A stretch of DNA of 63,515 nucleotides, filler included, from Intoshia linei (Eukaryota > Animalia > Orthonectida): NCBI GenBank assembly GCA_001642005.1. It is 4 parts of 4 records of this genome, joined end to end, with 100 filler letters (N's around TTAATTAATTAA, not from the genome) between each part and the next. Parts side by side here need not be neighbours in the genome. Positions count along the whole stretch, not along the records: positions 25,241 to 53,912 come from LWCA01000407.1; 3 more parts are not named here. One strand, given 5' to 3'. Of this stretch, positions 26,894-40,400 are shown piece after piece. Every line of letters starts with the position of its first letter. The stretch's first letter is position 1. A program made the translations under genes and the position numbers. The notes beneath the pieces are model-generated. The model was not told where the DNA came from. It saw only the letters and a list, made by a program, of their open reading frames with translations, and did not search any database.

Positions 26894-27128
26894 TCAATTT
26901 TTAATTATAACTAAATTACCATTTCCCAGGACGTCATACGCTTCATTAATATCCTTAAATGTTTCTGTAGTGTCATTGTTGGGGTTTTTATCAGGGTGAT
27001 ATTTCAAAGCTAATTTTCTGTATCTATAAAAAATTAAAACAATACAAAACTTAATGTAACGCTTTCTTTATGTCTTGTTCGGTTGCTTGTTTGGCTACGC
27101 CCAAAATTTTATAATAATCCTTTGCCAT
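26894..27128 (-). CDS. DnaJ/Hsp40 (DNAJB-like) J-domain, apparently truncated
   Basis: [57 protein letters not shown] with HPD intact; no continuing exon found. Confidence 0.85.
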
Positions 27129-27231
27129 TTGAAAGATAAAATTTGTAATTCACTATTTGAAAATTTCAAAAAAACGTTTATTTAGACAATGTTATGGTAA
27201 TGAAATTTAGGTTATTATTTGCGTAAAATAT

Positions 27232-28005
27232 TTATTTGTTTGTTTCCATATCTTTGAGAAATTGGTCAAAACACTCTGCCTCTTCATCATTGAGGATGTG
27301 AACATTTTCTTGGTCTTCTTCCATTTTTGTAATAGTTTCAATAGAAACTCTGTAGGATTCCATTACATTTGGATAAGTTTTTGAAAAAATCTTGTAAATG
27401 TACTTTGCTTTTCTAATGAGACCTCCACAGAATTGGGCTATGAAATGAATTAATAAAATTTACCAATTAAACATACAATTATGAAGTATAATTCCCAAAA
27501 AATCAAATATATAATGAAGAATTTTATTCATCAAATTTTGGATTTTAATTGATCTTGATGTTGAATCCTTGAGAATCCTTTCTGAAAAATCTGATATAAA
27601 TAAAGCATAGTTTGATAATTGTTTCATTCGATTCAAATATTCGCTGCTGTTGTTATACATGTACATAAATGTACGTTCATACATTTTTTTGCACATGAAT
27701 ATTATTTCTGTATCAATAATGTCTATGAATGGAACGATAGAATCATTAATTTTTTCCTCAAGTATGTATTGTAACGTCATTGATCCTATATGTATATACT
27801 TTTCATCGTGTGAGCATGTTTTTAATATACTCTTGATAAAATCAACAATATCATCCTAAAGTCAATGAAATATATATTAGTTATTTATTACTCCAGATTT
27901 AAGATGATCACATATTGGTAAATCTCTGTATAATGTATCATACAGAATGTGGGGTTGGTTTTCAGTTAAAAACAAAATGTTGTCAAAATAACTAGGTTGG
28001 TGCAT
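27232..28005 (-). CDS. PAIP1-like MIF4G-domain protein (three exons)
   Basis: ILFLTENQPHIL, DDIVDFIKSILKTC..VYIGSMTLQYI, IIFMCKKMYE, LSNYALFISDF and an acidic tail EEAECFDQFLKDME parallel the PAIP1 MIF4G helices and C-terminus (recalled alignment). Confidence 0.6.
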
Positions 28006-28132
28006 TTAAAAAGATGGTAAAAAATGATAATATTAAAGTTTCATTTCTTTGTGCAACAATTTACAATGTAGTTTGTTAAAATAGTTGTGCAGACATTACC
28101 AACGAAATGTAACATTTAATTTTAAATTTACA

Positions 28133-31100
28133 TCAACATTGTAAGTAGTTTTGATCTGCTTTGCTAACTAGATATTGATACAATATGTCGGAATGAGACC
28201 ATTTTTTGGATTCCTCATTTGTGGGTGTAAACCAGTTTGTATTGTTTGTTTTTTCGAAATATTTACAGAAACGCTGTGTCTCTAATGATTTATCCGCCAT
28301 AGAATTTACAGTTTTCTGTAAATGTGGTAATCTCATCATTTGTTTAATTCTTGCTTCTTCTTTACACTAAAAATATATTTATATTTAAATAACATTGTAC
28401 AGACCTAGAACTTTAGGGAGGCACCTGATATTTATATTTAAGCAATCGGTTCTTAACCTGGGATGCCAAACCAGTTTTTCGGGGGGGGGGGGGGGCAGAA
28501 AATTTTTGAANAGAAAATTTTTGAATACAAATATAAAACATTTAAATATTTTAATATGTAAATATTAACATGTATGTCAAAAAAAAATATAACCTAACAT
28601 AGTGATGATTATATTCGTTACGGATTCACTAAAATAAATGATATTGATAAATCGAACAAACCAGTGTATTTTCTTATTCAAATTTAAAGCGATTTTAGCC
28701 ATGTCATCTATCAATTTCGAGAATTTAAGTTTATTAAATTTTTGGTGGTGCCAAATAAAATTTTATTGAATTAAGGGGTGCCAAATAAAAAAAAGTTAAA
28801 ATCAATGTTACACTATGGATAAAAGTTGTTGAAATATAAATTTGTTATAATTATCAAGTATATGTAAGTGTATGTAAATACAAGAATAATTTTATAAATT
28901 AAACTAGGTTGACTGTTATGTACTACGACATACCTAGCTCTACCGAGAGCACATTTTTATTCTACAAAAAAAATCTAAATTAAAAATCCTACTATTCACT
29001 ATTATCAATCCTTTAAAGAAGTGGTTCCCAAACTTGTTTCAGGTGGAACCGTCATATACATTACTTTTTACTTTAAAGTGAATTATTCCATCTTAATTTT
29101 TTTTGTTAACACATTTGCAATGAATTTTATTAACAATTATTATCCCATTTTTTTAATTTATTAGACAAAATGTGTGTATGATATTAAAAATAAAGTAAAA
29201 ATTTCATAAATTTAAAAAAATTATATCTTCAGAGCCAAAACCACAAATTACCCTTCCTTTTACTTTTTCTACCAAAAAAGGCCTACAGTATAAACACATT
29301 TTTAACATCAATCATTTTTACATTACAATTTTTTGCAATAATGGTAAATTTCGACTGAAATATTTATAAAGTGAAGATTCAATTAATTATTGATACACAA
29401 TTACCATTTTTAAGTGTTTATTAAATTGGTACTGAATATATGTCATCACATTGAAAATGACAAAATAGGTTTTTATAATTTTATTTTTTCTGGAATTTAT
29501 GCTATTTATGACAATTTTTAAGATTAGACTGTTTTTACTTTATTTTTAATATTATACACACATTCTGTCTAATAAATTAAAAAAATAAGATAATTGTTTT
29601 TAAAATTCTTTACGCAAATGTTCACAAAGAAAATTAAAATAAAATAATTCACTTTAAAGTAAATAGCAATGTGATATGACGGTCAGAGCCGTCTTAAGCC
29701 ACTTCGTGGCCCTGAGCTAAGAAAAGGGCCGGGCCCTTTAAAATTTCGAGTAAACGATGAAAAAAATTTAGGTCTCGTATTTAGAAGACAGGGTATACTG
29801 TTGGTTGAAAACTCAAAGTCTTATTTCATTGAGTATTAATAAAAGCATTATATTTTAAATTGAATAATTACCAAAACTTTGATTCTTTAAACTATTTTCT
29901 TTCTAGTTATTCGAATTCCCACACTTCAAAACTTATAAACTAATTCTTAAGATATAAATGTGAAGTATTTTTTAATAAATTGGGGCCTCTTTTTAAAATA
30001 TAAATGTAAAGTACTTTTATTAATTTGGGGCCTTTTTTACTGAGGGGCCCTGGGCTACAGCCCATATTGCCTATGCCTTAAAACGGCTCTGATGACGGTT
30101 CCACTTGAAACAAATTTGGGAACCACGCCTTTAAAAGATTGATAATAGTGAATAGTGAATAGTAGAATTTTTAAGTTATATTTCAACGTAAATTTATTTT
30201 TTTGGTATAATAAAAGAGTTCCCTCGGCAATGCTAGGTGCTGTTTGTACGTAGTACAAAACAGCCAAGCTAGTGTAATATAATTCAACAGTTTGTTCGTA
30301 TCTTAAAATTAATATGGTGGTTTAGTTAATAAAAAATACATAGCCATGAAATAAATTATAAAAAATTATTATAATAATATGATCAACCCTGTATAATATA
30401 CATATCTTATAATTTATATAATATAAATTTAGATTTTGTTTCAATTGGAGGGCTAAGTAACATTTTTTTTATAATGAACACCAGAAAATAATTTTCGAAT
30501 AAAATCTCAAAATTAATACACCACATTTGATTTGGTTGCCATCACTGATATATTCAATACCAATTTAATGAATACTTAAAAATACCAATGATGTATCAAT
30601 AATTAACGGAATCTTCACTTTATAAACATATTTTAGGCAAATTTTACCAATATTGCAAACGATTGTAATATAAAAATGATAATAACAAAGTTGTATTACT
30701 TTTAGTTTCGTTGTTGTAGTTTAAATTTGAACTAAAATGTTTTGAAAATGAGAATTTGAAATTTAAAAATTGCGAACAAATGAATTATATAGATTTTTAC
30801 CCATATTTCTTTATTGGAAATGTGTAAATGTTCAATGCACATTTTTTTTGAAATTGTAGGATCAATATTTACATTTTCAATTTTTGATTTTTAATTGATT
30901 TATCGAAAAATATTGGTTGATAATACTGTGGAATCTGCTTATAAGAGACATATCGGGACCAAGCAATTTGTTCCTTATAACCGGACGTCTCTGATATCCG
31001 AAAAATGGATAAGTCGTAGAATGTAGACATTCTATGGGTTAGTCGTATAATGTGTAAAACTTTCATTTATATTTTAGTTTAATTTTGGGTTTTAGTAATT

Positions 31101-34100
31101 TTTTTTAAACCAAAATTTTAAGAGGGGTTTTTATGAAAGTTTTTGAACCAAACTTATTTAAAAATTTAATTATAATTAATTAATAATTTATAATAAAAAA
31201 ATCTTGAATATTTATTATAAAAAACAAATTTCCTGTTTAGTATAAGCGGTATATTAGTATAATCCGTCTGTGATTTATATATAAAACAACCGTTTGATTC
31301 CGTTCCTAGCTTTTTGTCCCTTATATCCGGACGTCTCTTATAAGCGGATTCCACTATATATTAAAAATTATTTTTCACCAGAAATGCGTAGATTTCTGGG
31401 TTTGAAATTTTGTATTTATATCAACAGGAATAAGCTCTATCAGACTAATTTTTTTTTTTTCAATTTTTCGGACCATTAATTATTTAACACTTTTTGTTTT
31501 AATAAAATATTTCGGAAAAAAAATATATGAATACTAAAATGCTTTTTTGACCGTGAAGTCGTCACTTATCAGATTTAAATTTTTTGTTATTAACATGATA
31601 CACCTGTACCACCTATAATTTAAAATTTTTTTAAATTCGTATCAAAGTATATATTTTTTTAAATTCTCGAACTCGTTTAATTTTTCAATTAAGGACAATT
31701 GAGCTTTTTAACCCGTAAAAGGTGAGTTTGGGAGGGTAAAATTTATTTTGCTAACACTCGGAAAAAACTGTAATTGAAATAAACAATAACATACACACAA
31801 ATAAATATTGCATACATAATGTAGGATATTATAATATGCTACATTATGTAATTTATAATTATATAAGTAAGGATTACATGATATTAATTATCTAAAATGA
31901 AGTTATAATGTTAATTAATATGCTCGTCGCTTTATATGGGTTTGCGTTTATCTAGTTAATTCATTTATAATTACATTTTTTATATATTTTTCCTTATTCT
32001 TTAATAAAGCTTCAATTTTTTGATTCTTTTTTTCAACTTTTTCTTGAAAATTTTTAGATTGATCAATTTCCATTTGTAAAAGTCTAAATTTAATTTTGTG
32101 AATTATTATTTATTTATTATTAACCCATATGCATTTACAAATATTAATTTAGAATAGTGGATGTGTTATGATTAGCGAGTCGAATAAGCGTAAAGTAAAA
32201 AATAAGAAGATCTGTTATGTAATTCATATACACTAGTAGGTAAGTAGCTAGGTCTGTCGAGGCCTTATAATTAAATTTCTACCATTTTATTTTGTTATAT
32301 AAAAAATATCAAAAAATATAAAAAAGGTTAGAAAAAATAAAATTGTGAATTAGTTGGGGTAGTACACATTTTTTGTTTCTACTATCAGAGTCAGAGCATC
32401 ATAGATAAACGTGTATTATAATGATCTAATTAATAATTAATATTAATTAATGAATGTTAATTATACTTTTTATTAATTTTCAGCGTTTTTTCATCAATTT
32501 CTTTATTTTTATTATGCAATTTTTCCTGGTGAATTTTTTTTTTGAAGGATATAGAATTTTGAGCACATTTTTGTTTCTAATTAATAATTATTAATTAGTA
32601 TTTTTTAATATTAAAATGAAACCCAATCGTATAAATTTTGATAATTCACATGCAAATCTTTTTTTTTCAAATTCAACATGGTTTTGGCTTTTACGACTCG
32701 ATTATATTTCAATTTTTGAAAAATTCTAAAATATAATACATTTATCAGTCAGTTAAATTAGATGTCAAAGTTACATGAAAATACTATATAATTCCTGATT
32801 TGCGTACAGTATTTTCCGGGAATACGCATTTTTCTCAGATAACATAATTTCGTTTCTTTGAGGGATTTTTATCATGTAATCATAGAAGAAAATAAAAAAT
32901 ATGTAATGCTCCATAATATACAATTGTATACATTGTGTAATGGACTTATATTGGCTTTCCTATATTTAAAAAATAATTTAAAGAAATAATCAAATTTTTG
33001 TATTCAAGAAATCAATTTGATCAACTAACAAAGCTAAATTACTTACATATTAATTAACATAACAATACATCTTAATTCATATATTAGCGATTATTTGATG
33101 ACGGTCATAAACATTTTTTTTGTAAATTTAAAATTTATTATTATATCAGTCCGGGACAGTTATCATGATAAGGAAAATTTTAAATATAATTAAAATAAAA
33201 TGTACATTTTGTGACAATAATAATAACAAGTTTCTCAGACCGTATGTTGCGCACCTCGTATTATATAAATATATATAATCATTACAATTGTTGTTTAATC
33301 CTTTCCATATTTTTATTGTCAATAAAAGTTTTTCTTTTCATATATCCTTCCATTTTATTGTTCATTTTGAATATAATTGAATTTTCTCTGTCACTAAAAT
33401 AATAATTTTCACAATATGTTACGTTATCATAATTATCATAATACACTACATATATTACATGGTTTGTTGTTTAACATTATTGAGATTTTTTTCAAAAAAG
33501 ATTCTTTCATTATAATTTCTCTTTTTTATTCGCTAATATATTATAAATTCATAAAATAAATAATATTAAAATGTATATCCTTCGTAAGGATTTATTACTT
33601 AAATAAACTTATAAAGTAATTTATATTTAGTTAAAAATGTATGTCTGTTTATTTATCTGTTCCAGTTTATTTAAGAAAGTAAGAAGAGTCTAGTTTTAAG
33701 AATTCCATATTTCTATTACAAATTTCCGAGGGTGATTTTTTTCGCAAATGTCATTCTCAAAAATTCAGCCCTTCAAAAACTCCAATTGTCCTTTTATTTT
33801 AAATTCAACACCGTCCTAGAATTATAAAAAATATACAATCTCATCATGATTTTAAATCATCAACATAATGATAATTTTCAATTTCAAAATCTTATATCTT
33901 TAGGGCTTAAATCCCAAATTACCCTTTTTTGTTAAAATGAAAATTGCCCTAGAATCTAAAAAAATTAATTAACGGTCATACAATTAAATAAAAATTTATT
34001 CTGATACAACTTATTCAACTTGATATAGATACAAAATTTCAACCCCAGAAATCTACTCATTCCCGGGAAAAATAACTTTTAATATACATTATCAACCATT

Positions 34101-36840
34101 AATTTTCAAATGTTTGAATTAACAGTATAATTAAAATTAAAAAGTAAATATTCATACTACAATTTCAAAAAATATTTAATAATTATTATTTTTTGAAGAT
34201 AATAAAGTATTTTCTTTTTTTTGTGATTTTAATTAATTAAAACGCAGAAACTAATAATACAAAAAAAGTACACTCACCTGTCACGAATCTGAGTCACATT
34301 TTACATATCGTCATTCAATTTTTATAAAAATTAATCGATTAAAATAAACACATTTCAATTTTTTTAGCTCGGCTTCTAGAGTTCATATTACTTTTTTTCA
34401 TTAAAAAATTTTTAAAACGTAAATAACTGAATATCATAATGAGACACTCAAATTTGCACAGTTAAAATACATTTTTGGTAATTATAAATTTTGAAATTTT
34501 TATATTTGACTAATATTACAATAACCCCTTTTTATGGAAAAAACGCCCTGTGAGGTTAAATATTTCATTTTTTCACTCCAAATTTGGTATGTCTTAGTGG
34601 GTCGTACATTAATCGTATCCATGTTTAAAATAAAATTATTGATGCCAATTAAGAAAAAGGGGAAAAAGCGCGCAAAAACCTCAAAAAAGAAAACCGCTTA
34701 ATCTTTTACGGTAAATTTTTCTAAAAATACATTTTTTAGGGGTTTTTAAGTACTTTCTTCAGCGTAGTATAGGGTATTTTTAACAAAAATTAATTTTTGG
34801 AAAAAACGAACAGATTTATTGTATATATAATATTATATACATTGTATTGTGATTTGATATACTGTTGACGTAAAAACAGGTTTTTTATATTCTGTTCATC
34901 AAGTTTGAAATTTAAAATTTTCCTTTTTTCAGTTGCTATCTGTAATTTAACCTTTTTACGTAACTTCTAAGTATAATTATATACAAATATAAAACAAATT
35001 TAAATTTATTAAACAATTAATAATGTTGTAAATAAAAGTTTACTTGTTTTAATATTTTTTCTTCATTTCTATGTCGTTGTTCTTCTCGGTAAACTTCCTA
35101 GAAATACAAAATTTATATATATTTGTAAATTTTAAAGTTATACCGGGACCGAACCTACCGTACCTGAGACCCTCCGGGCCTTGACGACATTTTGGTGAAA
35201 ATTATTTTTGAATATCATAAATTTTAAATTTAAAATTTTAAGTGTTTTAAATAAAATGTCAATCCAAGAGCCATGGATAGGTGCGTAGAGCCATATAACA
35301 CTATGCATCGTTTGCAAAAAAAAATTTTTTTTTGCCTATTTTTCATTTATGGATGCCCTAGAGCTTGGTTGGTTCGACTCTGCCTGAAACCACTTCAGGG
35401 TTCAAAACTTGTTGACACGCTTAGGTACTTTCTTTACCGGTAATTATGTTTTTCACTGACCACATCAATTTAATTCAAAGAAACATTAATAAAACATTGT
35501 CACCACATTAAATTTTTTTGTTCTTAGTTCACATTTGTCAATAATAAATAATTCAAATTTTTCATATGATCAGGAGTGGTCTGCGAATAAAAGGATAAAA
35601 TTGGTAATAATAGTTACGAAGTTAATAATAATTGGAATTCTACATAAATCAATAAAAATAATTATTATAATATAAATGATTGAATATTAAATAATAATTA
35701 TTATTTTATATTACACTTTTCTGATCAATCTTTTTACAATTTTCTGTATACATGTTTATTTTTTTTTGAAGGAAATTTATACGCTTCTCATTAGCTTTTT
35801 CCATTTTTTTATTAAATTTTTTAATTAATTCTGGCTTTCTAATTTCTTCAATATACGATAATTGACGTCGTCGTTTTAATAATTGTAAAATTTTTTCATC
35901 CTGAATTAAATAATAATTATTTAAAAAAACTGCATTTAATTTATATATTAATTTATTACCTCATTCGTATTATAGATAAATTTTTCATTGTTAAAAGTGC
36001 CATGATTTTTACACAATTTTGTATTTTGATTTGGAGGATTCGAATTGACATTCGAATTGGAAAAAATTTTCATATTTTCTTTTTCTACTTGAATAAATTG
36101 TGGTATTTCATCAATAATTTTTTTACAATTTTCCAATTTTTCATAAAGATATTTGTATTTTTTAGAATACAAAACATTTTTTGATTTTACGTGTGATGTT
36201 TTTATTTCATTATTATTCAATTTTAACTTTAAATTGAAATTATTTGGTAAATTTTCTACATAATTTATATTCTCACATTGACGGCTATTTTGTTTTGGTT
36301 GAATCAATTTAGTCAAGTTATTTTGATGAGTTTTGTAGAATTGTTGGTTACTCTCAATTTCATTTTCGCATGTCTCTTCCACTTTTTCTAGGATTGTTTC
36401 TTTAGGTTCGATAAGGTTCATAAAACGTTCTCTCTCCTTGCGACATACTGCTAGAACATCTAAAATTAATAATAATATTAATAAAATTTCAATATTAACA
36501 CCATTTAAGGATTTGCATCGTAATTCATCATCTTCTACCATCAGAGTATTCATTTTAGGAACATTACAACTAATGGAACGATTACTACGAATTGGATCAT
36601 CGAAAAAATAATTATTTTCCATATTACATTTAATTTCTACTTTATTCATGCTTGTGTTTTCCATTTTAAAAAATGTAACTTGACCCAATATTTATATTAA
36701 TTTGATTCAATTAAAATTATTTAAAACCAATTAAATTTTAATTATTTTAATCACGCAATTAGGCTATATTTACCTGTTCTATAATCTTCATGATATTCAT
36801 ACTCGTTTCGACACTTTTTTATATTGTTGAAATGCCTTTT
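28133..36840 (-). CDS. CCDC177/CCDC185-like coiled-coil protein, multi-exon; 5' end uncertain
   Basis: YEYHEDYRT-DVLAVCRKERERFM, DEKILQLLKRRRQ, several K/E-rich coiled-coil exons (~35900-31975), and a last exon CKEEARIKQMMR...TVNSMADKS ending at 28133. Confidence 0.6.
28904..30272. mobile_element. Second double-3'-ended Helitron-derived foldback element
   Basis: A|CTAGgttgactgttatgtac... and ...gtacaaaacagccaagCTAG|T, with long inverted arms once the inserted MITE is removed. Confidence 0.8.
29684..30091. mobile_element. hAT-type MITE inserted in the right arm of the foldback element
   Basis: TIRs cagagccgtcttaag / cttaaaacggctctg; perfect 8-bp TSD atgacggt. Confidence 0.92.
30560..31873 (-). 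mobile_element. Helitron-like repeat copy (minus strand)
   Basis: 5' end TCCTTACTTATA on the minus strand at 31873; body matches the other copies. Confidence 0.75.
30926..31356. mobile_element. pogo/Tigger-type MITE inserted at a TA within the Helitron copy
   Basis: TIRs ctgtggaatctgcttataagagac / gtctcttataagcggattccacta; flanks rejoin to the uninterrupted sequence seen at ~38075-38100. Confidence 0.85.
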
Positions 36841-37423
36841 ATAATCATCATATGACAAATACAACAATTGTTTAGGCTAAACATTGAATGTACTTTTTTT
36901 ATTCTAAACTTACGTTTATATTTAAATTTTTACATGATTTTAATGATCGTGGACTATTTATTTCGTAAATTACGGGGTAAAAACTTTGATAATTATCTAA
37001 ATTTATCATTTATTTTTCTACACGACTATTGTCAAAACAAAGGATTCATGTGTTTATTTTAACAAAAATATTTTTTTCGTAAATACAAATTTAATTTAAT
37101 AGATATCGTCTTTGTTTTTTTCTTCCAAAGCCATATTCTAAAATTACAGTGATGAAATTAATTGAAATTAAAAATACGTCAATATATTTTCTTACAATTT
37201 TTATAAATTTTTTTCGTTTTCGTCTAACGTAAAATTCTACATCTTGTAATGTGAAATTTAAAAAATTTTCATAAAAATCGACTCTAATCGTGTATGTTTA
37301 AATACATGCATACTATTCAACTGAATATGAAAATCAGAATATAAAATAAATATCTAATAAAATTTCTAAAAACTTATAATTGTTCATGAAATTCTAAAAT
37401 TACTCAGAGGGCTTCGCCCTCCT

Positions 37424-40400
37424 CTATAGAATAAATGGTACACCTACACCATCACATTCAAAACGAATTTTGTGTGTGTTCACCTGTAATTCCTTGTAAA
37501 TTTCATCTGATATATCGGTGGAGCTTTGTTTGTAAACCAATGCAGCTTTAATGGTATCATTGAAACACTAAAATAAATATTATAATATAAAAATATTAGG
37601 GTTCTTCGACCATTTCTGGGATTCACATTATGGAGTATTGGATATTGGAATTAGCTATAATTTTCAGTAAGTCAGAGCCGAAAAGTTAAATTACCGTACC
37701 CGAAAATCCTTTAAATTTAATACAATACTTAAAAAAATACCAACTATGTATCAATAATTAACGGAATCAACACTTTATAAACATATTTCAGATGAATTTT
37801 ACCAATATTGCAAATGATTGTAACAAATATAAAAATGATAACAAAGTTGTATTATTTTTAATAATTCGCTGTTGTAGTTTTAATTTAAATTTGAAACGAA
37901 ATGTTTTGAAAATGAGAATTTGAGAATCAAAAATTGCGAAAGAATGAATTATATGGATTTTCACACATATTTCTTTATTGGAACTGAGTAGACATTCAAT
38001 GTACATTTTTTTTTGAAATTGTAGGATCAATATTTACATTTTCAATTTTTATTTTAATCGGATTTATTTGAAAAATATTGGTTGAATATATTAAAAGTAT
38101 TTTTCACCCGGGAATGCGTAGATTTCTCGGGTTGAAATTTTGTATTTATATCAACTGAAATAAGCTCTATCAAAATAATCTTTTTTGTTAATTTTCAGAC
38201 TGTTAATTATTTTACATTTTTTATTTTAATAAAATGTTTAAAAAAAATATATGAATACTAAAATGCTTTTTTGATCATGAAGACATCACTTATTCAGATT
38301 GAAATTTTTTGTGTGTATTAACAGGATACAACTGTACCACCTGTAAATTTTTTTAAATTTTAGGGCGGTTTTCATTAAAAAAAAGGTAATTTGTGGTTTT
38401 GGTCCTTAAAATATATTTTTAGTAAATTTAAATATATGATAATATTTATCATTTTAAAATCCGTATCAGAGTGTATATTTATCTAAATTCTCGAACTCGT
38501 TTAATTTTCAAAAAAAAGTCAATTTGGCTTTTTGACCCGTAAGATGTGAGTTTAAGAAATTCAAATTTATTTTGCTAACACCCTGGAAAAAACTGTAATT
38601 GAAATGTAAACTTTATATAATTCTAAGACTGGTAGTTATAAAAATAAACGATAACACAAACATACAAACATACCATATTATATAAAGATATTATAGGGGT
38701 TCCTGCACTTTTTTCACGGCGGACCGATAATAAATAATAAAATTTATGGCGGACCGGTAAAAATTTCAAAATACAAATTATATAAAAAATACTTTAACAA
38801 CATTGGTCCCATCTGCGGCAGAGGTGAAATAAAATGGCATTCTGTGTTTTTTTGCAAAATTGAATGTTTTGTTTCCCATTGATGGTACAACTAAAAATAA
38901 ACTTTGTCAATGTACTTTATTTGAACTAACTTGACTGTTTTGTACTTTGTATAGACAACACCTAGCTTTGGCGAGGGCAGCGGTTTTAATTCAATTAAAA
39001 AAATTAAATATTGCATAAAAAATGCATATTCACTAATACCAAACCTTTAAAGGAGTGGGTAACATCGTGTCAAGATATTAATTATACCATTATATTAAAA
39101 AATTTTTTAATTAACTAATTTTCTAAAAAAAATGTAAATAGTAAATTGCTTTTTTGATCGTGAAGACGTCACTTTCTAAGATTAGAATTTTTGTGTGTGT
39201 TAATTTTTGGAGATGTCTGTATGAACCGTAATTTTTTATAGTATTCTGGGAATATTTTCATTTTTCATAAAAAAGGTCATTTGTGGTTTTGACTAAGGAA
39301 ATAACTTTTTTGAAATTGAAATTTATGATAATATTGATTATTTTAAAATCTATACCTGAAAGCATATTTTTTTAAATTAATTTATATTCTAGGACTTTAA
39401 TTTTAGTTAGATTTTAAAAAAAGAATAATTGGGTTTTTGATCCGTAAGATGTCAATTTCTGAGATTGAAAATTATCTTACTTTCTCATCCGGTAAAAAGT
39501 GTAATAGAACAGAATCTAGTCTAGTCTAGTGACAGACAGACAAAAAAAAAGAGTTTTATATATACATATATTAGAGTGGTTGAAAAACAAGAAAATTTTT
39601 GAAATTGAGAAAGTACTTTTGATATTTTGATAAGAGTGGTAAATAATGATGATTGGCAAAAAAATTAATTCGATTCGAATAAATTTCCTTTGTCATCCAA
39701 GCAGGGGAAATCTATAATATAGTATTTAATAATATCAAATATTTTAATGGTAACCATGAAAATTAATTAAAGAATATTAATTAAAACGTTCAGCCGATAG
39801 TGAAATTATCCATTAGGCAAAAAAATAATTCGATTCCATAAAATTTCCATCGCTAACCGAACAAGGGAATCATCAATATTATCGAATTTATATAATATTA
39901 ATATTTCAATGGTAGCCATAAAAATCGAATGACGATTATTAATTAAAACGATAATCCAATGGGTGACAAAGGCAAATATTCATTATATGAAAAAGTAAAT
40001 TAAAAATAATAGTCGTATCGATTCGAAATACGGAGGTTTTTTTAACAAAATCTGTGATTTTTTATAGAATTTTAAAATTTGGACCAAAATTAAAATAAAA
40101 TGATTTATAAATAAAATAAGAACAACAAATGTTTCATAATTTTAATTTATATAATTGTTAAATTTTGATAATACATCTGTTAACACATAATAAATTGTTT
40201 AAAAAATTAAAATAATTTGATTAATGTAATAAATAAGTTCCATTTTATTTGTTTAAGTTAAACCTTAACAATGAATTATAACGTGTAACCAACACTACAT
40301 TTTTATATTACAAAAATGTATACAGTGGTCGCTCCCTAAATTAAACATTATCTAAATACACTCAGCGATCACTGTACATAGTAAGAATATACATTCCCGC

